Virus record (IMG/VR): IMGVR_UViG_3300042731_007944
Span: 32,001 to 96,000 of that record
DNA length: 64,000 nt
DNA from: a virus
Reading direction: 5' to 3' (one strand)
The stretch's first letter is position 1. Every line of letters begins with the position of its first letter. The notes beneath the pieces are model-generated. The model had not been told where the DNA came from. It saw only the letters and a list, made by a program, of their open reading frames with translations, and searched no databases. Positions 8,859 through 18,503 of this stretch are shown here, piece after piece. Both the position numbers and the translations under genes were made by a program.

Positions 8859-11399
8859 TCAGCGTAGCCCGTATTTCTTCAGCTTTGTATGCAGCGTCTG
8901 GCGGACAATACCCAGCCGTTTCGCCGCTTCCGTCACATTCCCATGACACGCCATAAGCACTCGCTGAATATATTGCTTCTCTGTCTGTTCGAGTTGCTCC
9001 GCCAACGAAAATCGCGCGGTATCCGATAATGCCAGATCCGGCGCAATGGACAGATCGCCGGTGGCAAAAAACGAGTCGAGGACCCGGTAGAGTTCCCGGA
9101 CATTGCCCGGCCAATCATAGTCAAACAGCAGCGTCATGACCTCTGCCGGAAGAAATTCTCGCTCTCGCCATTGCGGATGGTGGCGAATATAGTGCTCAAC
9201 GAGCAGTGGCAAGTCGTCTTTGCGCTTGCGCAAGGCAGGCAAGCGTATTTGTACGCCCTGGAGCCGATACCAGAGATCCTTCCGGAAAGCCCCGTCTGCT
9301 ATGTCTCGCATGAGATCCCGGTTGGTGGCCGCAAGAATTCTGAGATCAACCGAAATCACGCGATCCGATCCGACCGGGCGAAATGACAACGTATCGATTA
9401 CGCGTAACAATTTTTGTTGCGACTCCAGCGACAAGTTTTCAATTTCATCCAGAAAGAGCGTGCCGCCGTTGGCCTGGATCAAGTACCCATCCCGATGAGA
9501 CATTGCGCCCGTAAACGCGCCTTTCCGGTGGCCGAAAAACGCGCTTTCAAACAAGTTCGGTGAGATCGCCCCGCAATCCACCTCAATAAATGCCCTGGCA
9601 CTCCGAGGACTGCGTTGATGAATTTCACGGGCCACCAATTCTTTGCCCGTTCCGGTTTCGCCAACCAAGACGACCGAAATGTCCGAGGCCGCTGTCTGCG
9701 AAATGCGCGAATACACCCGCTGCATTAATGGGTGTTTCCCGATTAATGCGCCGTACCGAAATCGGGTCTGCTGGGCATCTTCAAGTTGCGTTTCCAGCGC
9801 CTGCTGTCGCTGTCGTTCTTCTGTGATGTCACGCCCGAAGGCAAAAAACTCACAGACCTTCCCGCTTTTGAGGATGATCGGCGTAATGGACCACTCGATC
9901 CACTTGTTGTCCTGGTGGACAATAAGCGGTGTCTGCTTGTTGATCGCAAGGATCTGACGAAAGATTTTTTCACTCGGGACAAACGCCCGAAACGAGATCG
10001 GAAGATCCGGCCATCGGTTGCGAATCGACGCATTCACTTCTGACAGCACTCCGTTCGGCAGAAACGCACAGAAAAAATTTTTTTCGTGTTCAAGCATCGC
10101 TATATGTCGTTTTGCGTTCAGTTCGGCGTCTTTGCGCAAGAGCCGCTCTTGCGTCCAGGCGTGCTGCAACCGGGCCGCCATCGCATTAAATGCCCGGCTG
10201 AGACGTCCGATCTCCTCAATTCGGGCCGTGTTGATATCTGCCCGGATGGACAACGATCCCCCGTGGTGCGCTTGATCCATCGTCTGACACAGTGCTTCGA
10301 GAGGCCGGGCCAGGGACCGGCTGATCCGCCAGGAGAGTGCCGCGATGCCAGCCGATCCAAGCACCAGAATGCCGGTCACAACGCCAAACAGACGCCACAG
10401 CACGATCCGTTCTTCATCCCGTGGCTGGATCAGCAGAAACGCCCCACCAGCAAACCCAACCTTGCTGAGATACGCCGCCCGCGTTGTGCGTATGTTCGGG
10501 GCCGTAGGAATCGCTGAAAGATCAACGTCAAGAGGGGCGTCAAGGGAACTCAGTCGTCGTATTCCGTCGATCATTAATGTGACATGGACATCGCCCATTC
10601 GCCGGAACCGGTGCATGTCGAGATCGCTCACGGTCCGCAGTTCCCGCACGATCCCGAACCGCTCATGATTATACGTAATTGGCAGGCAATACTCGAAAAA
10701 GATGCCATCCGGGAAGGAGACGATTTCAAACCGGCCGTCTGTTGGAATCTCATCATCAAAGATGGTCGGCACGCTGGCAGGCGTCGGGATCGCGCGGATG
10801 TCTGTTTCTTGCTCGACGTATACATACCAGCGATCCTCCGGATGCATCTGTGTAAAGACTCCACCCTCGATAAAGGGTAAATAGACGCCGCCCGACAGGA
10901 TATCCGGATCGTCAGGATCGCGCTGAGCCATTCCGACCAGTACGCCCTCTCGATCATACACGGCGGCGTTTTGCGCCCCGACGAGGCGAAAATAATTCAC
11001 CAATTCCAGCGCAAAGAAATAATAATACGACTTCGTCCGATCAAAGCGCTCCATCGGGAGGAGGTCTTCGCTTTGCAACCACAGATCAAGCATATAGAGC
11101 CGATTCCGAATCGCTGGCTCAGCCTGCTTCATCTGATTGAGATAGATGATTTGCATGAGCCGCAAATCATCGTGAATGATGGCCGCCGCGCGTTCCACAT
11201 GCTGTTGAAAATCATGCCGTACCTGCCAGAGGAAAACGGCATAATAGCCGGCCGCAACGATCAGGCATCCGACGAGCGTAAATTGAAAAAAGGAAAGAAA
11301 AAACCGTTTGCGTAAGGTCATTAGAGAAACGGGGCGTCGAGCGAGTGCAAACAGGCAACCCGGCTGACTCGACACGAGTCCCGTGGCTTTCCGTCCCAT
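8859..11399 (-). CDS. membrane-anchored sigma54-dependent enhancer-binding activator (TM-sensor-TM-HAMP-PAS-like-AAA+-Fis HTH)
   Basis: GETGTGKE, GAFTGA, GGTLFLDEI, WPGNVREL, C-terminal GNVTEAAKRLGI; HAMP EIGRLSRAFNAM. Confidence 0.92.
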   Translation of the reverse strand: MGRKATGLVSSQPGCLFALARRPVSLMTLRKRFFLSFFQFTLVGCLIVAAGYYAVFLWQVRHDFQQHVERAAAIIHDDLRLMQIIYLNQMKQAEPAIRNRLYMLDLWLQSEDLLPMERFDRTKSYYYFFALELVNYFRLVGAQNAAVYDREGVLVGMAQRDPDDPDILSGGVYLPFIEGGVFTQMHPEDRWYVYVEQETDIRAIPTPASVPTIFDDEIPTDGRFEIVSFPDGIFFEYCLPITYNHERFGIVRELRTVSDLDMHRFRRMGDVHVTLMIDGIRRLSSLDAPLDVDLSAIPTAPNIRTTRAAYLSKVGFAGGAFLLIQPRDEERIVLWRLFGVVTGILVLGSAGIAALSWRISRSLARPLEALCQTMDQAHHGGSLSIRADINTARIEEIGRLSRAFNAMAARLQHAWTQERLLRKDAELNAKRHIAMLEHEKNFFCAFLPNGVLSEVNASIRNRWPDLPISFRAFVPSEKIFRQILAINKQTPLIVHQDNKWIEWSITPIILKSGKVCEFFAFGRDITEERQRQQALETQLEDAQQTRFRYGALIGKHPLMQRVYSRISQTAASDISVVLVGETGTGKELVAREIHQRSPRSARAFIEVDCGAISPNLFESAFFGHRKGAFTGAMSHRDGYLIQANGGTLFLDEIENLSLESQQKLLRVIDTLSFRPVGSDRVISVDLRILAATNRDLMRDIADGAFRKDLWYRLQGVQIRLPALRKRKDDLPLLVEHYIRHHPQWREREFLPAEVMTLLFDYDWPGNVRELYRVLDSFFATGDLSIAPDLALSDTARFSLAEQLEQTEKQYIQRVLMACHGNVTEAAKRLGIVRQTLHTKLKKYGLR

Positions 11400-11494
11400 C
11401 CTCGCGGATGGTTTGGCATTTTTCTGTGTTCAGTAGGTACTCTATACGATAGTGCGTGGGGAGAAAAATGTCAAATCGGTCTAGCAAAAAAAAT

Positions 11495-11878
11495 GTCCAC
11501 ACCGATCCGAATCTGTGGACGGCGTGGACGCGACTAGCCAGCCGTGGACATCAGATCCCGGATGAATAAACCAGCATACATTTTCTGCTGGCGTTCTGTG
11601 GACAAGGGGCGTTCGGCTTCCAGGACTTTCCGGAAGGTGCTACGATCCATTCCGCACCATTCTGCGATCTGGGCATCGGCCAGTGTCGGGGTTGCTCGCT
11701 TCAAGGCTGCGATCTTGTGTCGCACCAGATCGAGTGTCACATCTTCTGGTCTTTGGATCTCAAAGGCAAACACCTTTCGTTCATCCGAGAGGCCATCAAA
11801 CAGATCGTCTGCGTCCGTGTGGACGCCCGTGGACGCCGGTATCTGGGGCGTGGACGCTGCTTGTCCACGTGTGGACGC
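11495..11878. repeat. cluster of GTGGAC(GC) direct repeats
   Basis: GTGGAC at 11515, 11524, 11544, 11598, 11819, 11829, 11850, 11871 (five are GTGGACGC); inverted copies at 11495 and 11863. Confidence 0.8.
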
Positions 11879-13144
11879 CTCCACCACAAGCCGCATATCG
11901 TCATCTTTGACTTCAGGTATTTTTGCCAGAATCGGATCATCACACACTGGCCAAAACAACACATCACCTGGCTCTTTGACAGACGTTTTCAACAGGCGGA
12001 TGGCGTCCTTGTCTTGCAACAAGAGGTTCGCCTGTTTTGGTTTGATCCGATGGATATAGGCGCTCGTCAGAGTATCACGAACGGTTGAGTCGCCGCCGGT
12101 ACGTGAGGCCAGCCACGTCTGTGAGGACGCGAGCATGTAGACCTGACACTTCCGGCCTTCCGTGCTAATCCGTTCCATCGTATACGCGATGTGTGATCCC
12201 ATTGTCGTTTTTGACAGAAACGCGAGTTCATCAATCACTAGAACGACTGGTGTCGTGTCCAGATCGATTTGTTTCAAACGGTTGTTTATGATCGTTTCCA
12301 CGGCGGTCAACATAGTGGTCATATCATCCTTATACGTCGCCATCTGCATCAATCCGGCTTCCCAGAGCGGTTTTGTTTTGAACCCGAGTGAATTCGGGTG
12401 CGGATAATGCGGATCGATGCCGTAGAACCGGACGCCTTCCGTTATAATCCCGCTGCCAAGCAAAAAGAGCATGGTAGAGGTTTTCCCGCTGCCGGATTCC
12501 CCGGCAATGGCGGCGGAATAAATATTGAGAAACGATCCACGACGTGGCTCGCCGTGCTCAAATCCGAGAATCATGGGTTCATCCGGGGCGATCTCGCCTC
12601 GCCGTAAGAGATGGGCAAACGTTGGCACACGTTTTGGCCCGGTGAGCATCGCCGGTGCAGCCTGTTCGATCTGTTTCAGTCCGGCTTTATTGGCGGTTCC
12701 GGCAATCTCTTTGTAAATTTTGACTGCGGCTTCAGCCCCCTGTAACGTCCCTTCATTGACCGTCCGTGTTTGTTCAGCCGCCATCAACCCCATTGAGAGC
12801 GGTACGGCGATGCCGAGATCTTTTTTACGCACAGGGATTTCTTTATGTTCGCCAAGTTTGATGGTGTGGACAGAGGCTTTTTCTCGCTCACACAATCCGC
12901 GATTAAGGATATAATACGATCCTAAAAGCAACAGCATAAGTGGTCCTATAATAGCAATCGAGCGTAAGACCGCATTCAGCACATGGGTGTTGTCAACCTT
13001 TTCTTGCGCTTCTGCGATCAAAATTTCCGGGTGCGCGTCATAGAGGCGATAATTTTTCCACACGCTAAAGACGGTATTGGCTCCGAAGGCGAGCGCGATA
13101 GCAATAAATAATCCGATGATCACGCTAATTTGTTGTTTTTTCAT
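11534..13144 (-). CDS. FtsK/SpoIIIE (TraB-like) membrane ATPase with C-terminal HTH
   Basis: Two N-terminal TM segments, Walker A GESGSGKTS, Walker B LVIDE, EGRK..ASSQ, C-terminal QIAEWCGMDRSTFRKVL. Confidence 0.75.
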   Translation of the reverse strand: MKKQQISVIIGLFIAIALAFGANTVFSVWKNYRLYDAHPEILIAEAQEKVDNTHVLNAVLRSIAIIGPLMLLLLGSYYILNRGLCEREKASVHTIKLGEHKEIPVRKKDLGIAVPLSMGLMAAEQTRTVNEGTLQGAEAAVKIYKEIAGTANKAGLKQIEQAAPAMLTGPKRVPTFAHLLRRGEIAPDEPMILGFEHGEPRRGSFLNIYSAAIAGESGSGKTSTMLFLLGSGIITEGVRFYGIDPHYPHPNSLGFKTKPLWEAGLMQMATYKDDMTTMLTAVETIINNRLKQIDLDTTPVVLVIDELAFLSKTTMGSHIAYTMERISTEGRKCQVYMLASSQTWLASRTGGDSTVRDTLTSAYIHRIKPKQANLLLQDKDAIRLLKTSVKEPGDVLFWPVCDDPILAKIPEVKDDDMRLVVEASTRGQAASTPQIPASTGVHTDADDLFDGLSDERKVFAFEIQRPEDVTLDLVRHKIAALKRATPTLADAQIAEWCGMDRSTFRKVLEAERPLSTERQQKMYAGLFIRDLMSTAG

Positions 13145-13850
13145 CCCGATTGATTCTCCAGAATATGACAATTCCGATAATGGCGAGACCAAAGGCGATC
13201 ACGCCCTGAACGACATCACGCAAGATTCGTTGATCGCGTTGCTGTTTGGCTAGCGTGAGATTCACAGGCGCTTTTTTCGTGGGGAGAACAGATGTCGCCT
13301 GTTCCGGCGTCGGTGTCGGATCAATCGTGCGTATCTCTGGCAGGGGAACCTGGATCGCGGCGACCTGCGCCACAGGCTCAGGGGTAACGACTTCCGGCGT
13401 TTCCACCACCACATCAGCAACCGGTGCTAGTTCTGACCGTGACACGGACGTCTGGATTGGCGGGGTCTGCCATGTAGAGAGCATGGCGGCATAATACGGA
13501 TCGCCCATCCGTGACTGCTGGCGAGGATAAAAATATTGGACCGTCCGGCGCTGTGGCAACGGCAGATACTGCGCGCCATTCCACTTCCCATAACTGCGAT
13601 AGATCGGCTGTGTCTCTGTATAGGCAGAGACCTGTTGCGCCTGCTGTTGAAACTCTGGGTGATCGTCCATGTTCCATTCGGCATGGCCGGTTACGGTCAG
13701 GGTTTTTTGGGCTTCGAGTTGCGCCGCATATTGCAGCAGCGCCCATTCGTCATCGGTAAAATCATCCCGGCTGACGACGCCGTCATTATAGGCGAACGCC
13801 GGGCTTACAATAAACAATAGACTGACAAGTAGACTGACAAATACTTTCAT
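13125..13850 (-). CDS. exported, membrane-anchored protein
   Basis: Signal peptide (…SPAFA), Pro/Thr-rich linker, C-terminal TM; overlaps the FtsK-like gene start. Confidence 0.65.
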   Translation of the reverse strand: MKVFVSLLVSLLFIVSPAFAYNDGVVSRDDFTDDEWALLQYAAQLEAQKTLTVTGHAEWNMDDHPEFQQQAQQVSAYTETQPIYRSYGKWNGAQYLPLPQRRTVQYFYPRQQSRMGDPYYAAMLSTWQTPPIQTSVSRSELAPVADVVVETPEVVTPEPVAQVAAIQVPLPEIRTIDPTPTPEQATSVLPTKKAPVNLTLAKQQRDQRILRDVVQGVIAFGLAIIGIVIFWRINRDEKTTN

Positions 13851-13908
13851 GATGTTCCTCCCTATGTTGATTGGTTTGTTCTACGTTCCAATTTTGCTTC
13901 CCGCTTTG

Positions 13909-14106
13909 TCAAGCGATTTTTCCGTTTCGCCCAGAGACCGGGCAAAGCGTTATTTGTGAAAATTTTCTCGTTTTCTGATGGCAGCTAAACAGATACCGGG
14001 CATAGGTGTCTTGCGAGACGATCCTATCTGCCGTCTTCTTGTATTGCCGGTACTGCTGTTGAATGGCGCGGTGGTGCGCCTGTTCCCAGGTCTCAAACGT
14101 TGTCAT
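13909..14106 (-). CDS. hypothetical protein
   Basis: GAGGTG RBS; in operon. Confidence 0.45.
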   Translation of the reverse strand: MTTFETWEQAHHRAIQQQYRQYKKTADRIVSQDTYARYLFSCHQKTRKFSQITLCPVSGRNGKIA

Positions 14107-14290
14107 CTGTCACCTCGCGTTTCTGTTCTTTCGCCCATTCTTTCTGAAACGCTTGCCACATGCGTTGTTCAAGCTCTTTAAACTTCTCATAGCAGGCGTC
14201 ACAAACGACGCCATAGTTTCCCGGTCTGTCTTCCAGTTCTTTCCCTTCGCCGTCTTTCAGGTCTTGCAAACAATGACCACAGGTGTTCAT
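14093..14290 (-). CDS. small CxxC...CxxC protein
   Basis: CGHC/CDAC; GGAGGT RBS. Confidence 0.55.
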   Translation of the reverse strand: MNTCGHCLQDLKDGEGKELEDRPGNYGVVCDACYEKFKELEQRMWQAFQKEWAKEQKREVTDDNV

Positions 14291-14484
14291 TCTGCACCAC
14301 CTCCATAAATGCGTTCCGGCGTCTCTGGATAGTCCGGCCCGTTCTCGCGCCGGAATTCGTCGATCACTACACCATCTTTCTTCAGTACCACCTTGACGCA
14401 GGTCGGTTCGCGTTTTGTCAGCGCGAAATACGTCAATGCCTTCATTTCAGAATCAAATTGCTGAATTTCCTCAATGGTGTACAT
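14287..14484 (-). CDS. hypothetical protein
   Basis: Translationally coupled ORF. Confidence 0.5.
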   Translation of the reverse strand: MYTIEEIQQFDSEMKALTYFALTKREPTCVKVVLKKDGVVIDEFRRENGPDYPETPERIYGGGAE

Positions 14485-14486
14485 CG

Positions 14487-15263
14487 CTATTGTTCCACTA
14501 CTTGAAAGGTTATGTCAGGACGCTGCCCGATCTGTTTTTCGAGTTCATCCTGAATGATTGTCGTATAATAGTCTTGCAACCAGTAAACAAAGTCTTCAGA
14601 AGGAACCCCTATCACAACACCTCTTCCGTTCTGCTCCAGCAGGCGTGTAGGCCGCAACCATGTGTCAAACGATGGACGGTTGATCGTTTTTTGAAGAGAA
14701 ATTAAAATGGTGTCCCATAAATTATACTTCTTACAACCTTGCTTCTTATTCTTGTTAGTATTCAGATTTTCTGAATGTAGATTTTCTGAACGGCTACCCC
14801 CTTCTTTCAGATTTTCTGAACGTAGGTCAATCGCCTGTTTTTCTAGTACGTTCAGATTTTCTGAATGTAGCTTTAGATATCCACCTCGATAGAATTTCCG
14901 TTTGTCCGTCCCTTGGTGCTTTTTTCCAAGAGGAATAGACGTAGGGTCTTCGGGAGATGGATTGTGCTCTGGTGTCGCATACACATAATAACACCACTCG
15001 CTAATTTGATCTGAAACCCTTTTCGGTTGATATGTCGCATATCCGAAATGTCGTAATTCTTTTAAGGCGCTATAGACGACTGTTTTTCCATCCACAGATC
15101 TCGAGACAAGATCCGTGACGTTCATTTCCCATCCGGCGGCTTGCGCTAGAACATATGACAAGATTCCTTTTGCGGCCCAGGAGAGTCTTGAGTCATGATC
15201 AAGGGCGGTTTTGTCAAAGAGCGCAAAATTCTTTTCGTAATGAGCATTTTTGATTGTCGGCAT
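14487..15263 (-). CDS. phage replication initiator (N-terminal wHTH, C-terminal DnaA domain I-like)
   Basis: RLSWAAKGILSYVL...DGKTVVYSALKEL..FGY; C-terminal LWDTIL..LQ...SFDTWL.PT (DnaA_N); internal iterons. Confidence 0.8.
   Translation of the reverse strand: MPTIKNAHYEKNFALFDKTALDHDSRLSWAAKGILSYVLAQAAGWEMNVTDLVSRSVDGKTVVYSALKELRHFGYATYQPKRVSDQISEWCYYVYATPEHNPSPEDPTSIPLGKKHQGTDKRKFYRGGYLKLHSENLNVLEKQAIDLRSENLKEGGSRSENLHSENLNTNKNKKQGCKKYNLWDTILISLQKTINRPSFDTWLRPTRLLEQNGRGVVIGVPSEDFVYWLQDYYTTIIQDELEKQIGQRPDITFQVVEQ
14761..14870. repeat. palindromic iterons, likely replication origin
   Basis: TTCAGATTTTCTGAAYGTAG at 14761, 14806, 14851 plus a partial copy at about 14777-14792, inside the initiator gene as in lambda O. 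Confidence 0.8.
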
Positions 15264-15401
15264 CTTTTCTGCTTGACAAAACGAGGGGGAGGCAGGATGA
15301 TACTCACATACACAAGGGGTAAGCCTACCCTGGGGGCTTCTGTTTATCGACGTAATGGCGGGCAAACCATAGCAGATATTCAGAGGCCCTCTCTCTTTTG
15401 T

Positions 15402-15596
15402 CTACTCTTCTATTTTCTCTGTATTGTCAACTGTCTGCTGCTGAATAAATCGCTCGATCTCCTCTTGCGTAAACCGATAATCCCGGCCCAAATTGATCGC
15501 TTTCAGGCGACCATCCTTCACCATTTGATAGACCGTGGACTTTTTTATTTTGAATAAATCAGCGACTTCTTGCACTGTATAAAAATGTTCCGGCAT
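15402..15596 (-). CDS. excisionase-like HTH_17 DNA-binding protein
   Basis: YTVQEVADLFKIKKSTVYQMVKDGRLKA..GRDYRF. Confidence 0.8.
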   Translation of the reverse strand: MPEHFYTVQEVADLFKIKKSTVYQMVKDGRLKAINLGRDYRFTQEEIERFIQQQTVDNTEKIEE

Positions 15597-15705
15597 AATA
15601 TTTCACTTTCGTTGAGTTTTGTCAAGTTTCTTTTTGTTACGTTGTGAAAAATCCTGTTATCACCAGGACTATTCAGAGTAAAACAGATACGATACCTTTT
15701 GTCAA

Positions 15706-16413
15706 TTAATTTTGCTCGCTATTTTCCTGCTCGCTATCTTCCGGGCGTTCTGGCGATGGCAACAACAGCGCTTTCAATTCGTCAAGTAATGCCTTCCGGC
15801 GCTTACCCTGCAAGAATCCTTGGTGATGTTCGAGGTCCGCGATGAGGCGTGTCACGTCGCGCTGTTGGTGGACTGCTTCGATCTCTTGACGTATCGCTTC
15901 TCGTTGCCGAGCTTCATACTCCTTGCGAATATCGTCCGGGCTTTTCCCATCAGGCAACATCTTTATTTCGCCTTCCAGGGCCTCATTTCTCCTAATCAAA
16001 TCGTAAATCTCTTTCTCTTTCTCCTGGAGATCCTTGAGGTGTTGGTCTTTTAATTGCGATATTTTTTCATGCAGATCGAAAAGCTGCTGGATATAGTGTG
16101 GAGTTTGAAGGTTGTTTGAAAGTGTTTGTGGTGGCGTGTCTTGCGCTGTTGGTGTTGGCGGCGGCTGCGGGAATTGATCCGGAAATGCCTGCTCTAGCCT
16201 GAGCCGAATTTCCGGCATGGATAAGCCCTGTTCTTTCATCTGTTTAATGCGGTCAAAAATTGGGAAGACCGCTTCGTCGAGCAGGATCTTATTCTTATTG
16301 CCGTGTTTGGTGTGCTGTTTGAACAAGCCAGGGAACTGTTTGAGGCATTCCCGGAGAAACTGATATTTCAAGCCGGTTAAAGACTCCAGATCTTTTATGG
16401 AATACATGGGCAT
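15706..16413 (-). CDS. MerR-like HTH plus coiled-coil protein
   Basis: YSIKDLESLTGLKYQFLR...MKEQGLSMPEIR; long coiled coil; AAGGAGG RBS. Confidence 0.65.
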   Translation of the reverse strand: MPMYSIKDLESLTGLKYQFLRECLKQFPGLFKQHTKHGNKNKILLDEAVFPIFDRIKQMKEQGLSMPEIRLRLEQAFPDQFPQPPPTPTAQDTPPQTLSNNLQTPHYIQQLFDLHEKISQLKDQHLKDLQEKEKEIYDLIRRNEALEGEIKMLPDGKSPDDIRKEYEARQREAIRQEIEAVHQQRDVTRLIADLEHHQGFLQGKRRKALLDELKALLLPSPERPEDSEQENSEQN

Positions 16414-16560
16414 CCCCTCCTTATGAAACTGTCTAAAAACACGGTACGATTTTTCTGCCATCCCGTCAAGCGATTTTTCTTCAGGGAAATGAAATGCGAT
16501 CTTTTTTCGCACGAAGGTTCATTTTTTCTGCTTGCTGTCTGTTTTACGTTCTAACTCGTT

Positions 16561-16600
16561 GAAAACTCTGCGTTAGGAGAAAAACTAGAGAAAAACTCTG
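16561..16600. repeat. short GAAAA(A)CT direct repeats upstream of parM, possible centromere/operator
   Basis: GAAAACTCTG, GAGAAAAACT, GAGAAAAACTCTG. Confidence 0.35.
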
Positions 16601-16718
16601 TTTTTAGCGATTTTTTGATTGACAAAGGGTTTCCGTCTATGGTTTGGTGTTTCAGAATGATGCGTGTTTGATGCTATTCAATATCTTTTTAGCAACTATA
16701 GTTTTACAAGGAGATGTT

Positions 16719-17816
16719 ATGGAAGTTATTCTTGCATGTGATACAGGGACATCAGAAGATAAAGGGGCCATCATGCCCCTCGGATCAGACTTTCATCCGA
16801 AACGGATTATCTCACATTCCTTCCCTACGTTGGGAAAAATTGGGGAATTTACCGCGCTACCAGGGGATCACTTAGGCGTCTTGCGAGAGCCACATCCCTA
16901 TCAAGGCGTCTACAAGGCCCGCGCCCGTGAATTTGGAGCGCGTCTGCATCGAAATTCAAACATCTATAATGATCCCGTCTATCTGCTCTATGTCTTTGGC
17001 ATGGTGGCTGATCTGCTGGAAAAAGCCCATATTACAGAGAAGCAAATAGACGTGATGTTTGCGGGCTTTGGGTTCCCGGTCTCACATAAAGAAGGACAGG
17101 CCGGGCAACTCAGATCCACGTTGCTGCATCGCGGAAAACCGTGGACAGTACAAAAACAAGACGGACGGGCCTATTCTGTCACGTTCCACAATGTTGTGTG
17201 TGAGACGCAACCGTATTATATGGTCGTTGACCAGATTTTCACCTGGCAGCCGAACGGGACGCTGTCGGCTGAGCGTGGCAAACAGATTTTTGCCAACGGG
17301 CCGCTATTATTCGGGGATCTTGGGTCAAACTCGAATGATTGGGAATGGGTTCCGTTGTCGCTCGCAAACTCCGAGAACGCCTGTTCGATGGGCGGGACGT
17401 TCAATTTTTTTCCGAAACTGGCAAAGTTGGCCTATGAAAAAACCCATCAGGATTTAACAGAGTACGATCTCATGTATCAGGTGTTTCGGAAACGCCAAAT
17501 CACCTTAAACGGTGTGACGTATGACTTTTCTCAGGAAATCCCGTTGCTCTATCAAGAGGCCGTCAAAGAGTTGGAGGGCGATATTGATCTGTTTTTGCGA
17601 ACCCTGAAAGAAAAGCCTCAGCCTTATGCGATGCGATTAGGCGGGGGTGGTGTCATTAATGGGGAATCGTATTTTCGACAGATCTTTTCCTCAAAATTCC
17701 CTGGCGGAGTGCAGATTGTTGAAGATGACCACGGGAAACCGGCCCCGGTCTGGTCTATCGTGCGTGGAATGGTGAAGAAAAGCGTCATTGAGGCGCAAAA
17801 GGCAGAGGTACTATAG
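16719..17816 (+). CDS. ParM/StbA-family actin-like partition ATPase
   Basis: Phosphate-1 ACDTGTSEDK, GFGFPV, phosphate-2 GDLGSNSND, adenosine LGGGG; AGGAG RBS. Confidence 0.75.
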   Translation: MEVILACDTGTSEDKGAIMPLGSDFHPKRIISHSFPTLGKIGEFTALPGDHLGVLREPHPYQGVYKARAREFGARLHRNSNIYNDPVYLLYVFGMVADLLEKAHITEKQIDVMFAGFGFPVSHKEGQAGQLRSTLLHRGKPWTVQKQDGRAYSVTFHNVVCETQPYYMVVDQIFTWQPNGTLSAERGKQIFANGPLLFGDLGSNSNDWEWVPLSLANSENACSMGGTFNFFPKLAKLAYEKTHQDLTEYDLMYQVFRKRQITLNGVTYDFSQEIPLLYQEAVKELEGDIDLFLRTLKEKPQPYAMRLGGGGVINGESYFRQIFSSKFPGGVQIVEDDHGKPAPVWSIVRGMVKKSVIEAQKAEVL

Positions 17817-17817
17817 A

Positions 17818-18132
17818 ATGTCGAAAAAACCACTCACTGAAACAGGTCGGATACAGTTTGATCTCCAACCGCACCGACCTGATGATTATGCTCGGCTGAA
17901 ATATTTAGAACACCTCCGGCAAAAAGGGAAATTTGCCGATGGGATGCGGGAACTCATTGATTATAAGATGACACGTTCAACGACTGAGCAGCGGTTTGAC
18001 GAGATTAAACGAATGCTTGAGATGGTGTATGAACGAATTTCGTCAGGAACCATAACGTTTACGCCACAGGAACGACAGCAACTCAAAAAGACGGTTGTCG
18101 ATCTTGAGGATACGGTCACATTTGGAGTATGA
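17818..18132 (+). CDS. ParR-like adaptor
   Basis: Small basic protein directly after parM with beta-helix-helix pattern. Confidence 0.55.
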   Translation: MSKKPLTETGRIQFDLQPHRPDDYARLKYLEHLRQKGKFADGMRELIDYKMTRSTTEQRFDEIKRMLEMVYERISSGTITFTPQERQQLKKTVVDLEDTVTFGV

Positions 18133-18135
18133 ACC

Positions 18136-18372
18136 ATGACACTGAACGAAAAAGAACTGAACGCCGTGCTAGCCTCAGCTTTGAAAGATGCAAAAACGAA
18201 TCAGATAACCTGGGGGCAAATTCGCACAAAGGTGTATCAACAAGTTGGACAACTCGCCCGGAAATACTATCAAATCGGGATAACGGATTCTGAAGGCATG
18301 CACACGATAGCGCTGTTTTTCGCCCTGAACTATCAGGTAGACATGTACGAATTCATGCGCTACCTTGCATAA
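18136..18372 (+). CDS. hypothetical protein
   Basis: ORF in par operon. Confidence 0.5.
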   Translation: MTLNEKELNAVLASALKDAKTNQITWGQIRTKVYQQVGQLARKYYQIGITDSEGMHTIALFFALNYQVDMYEFMRYLA

Positions 18373-18503
18373 ACCGAGGGAAACATCATGACATTCTCAA
18401 CAGATAGCGATATCCTGCTCTCTGCGATCATACAAGAACATCGACTTCTCGCAGAACGGGATGAGCTAGAACAGGCGATGCCAAGCGATTTTGAGGTGAC
18501 GCC

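Noticed and set aside
14761-14870. Mini-CRISPR reading of the TTCAGATTTTCTGAA repeats
   Set aside because: Repeats are 15-20 bp, irregularly spaced and in frame inside a replication initiator; they fit iterons
15402-15596. Evidence of an integration/excision module
   Set aside because: HTH_17 protein alone; no tyrosine or serine recombinase in the window
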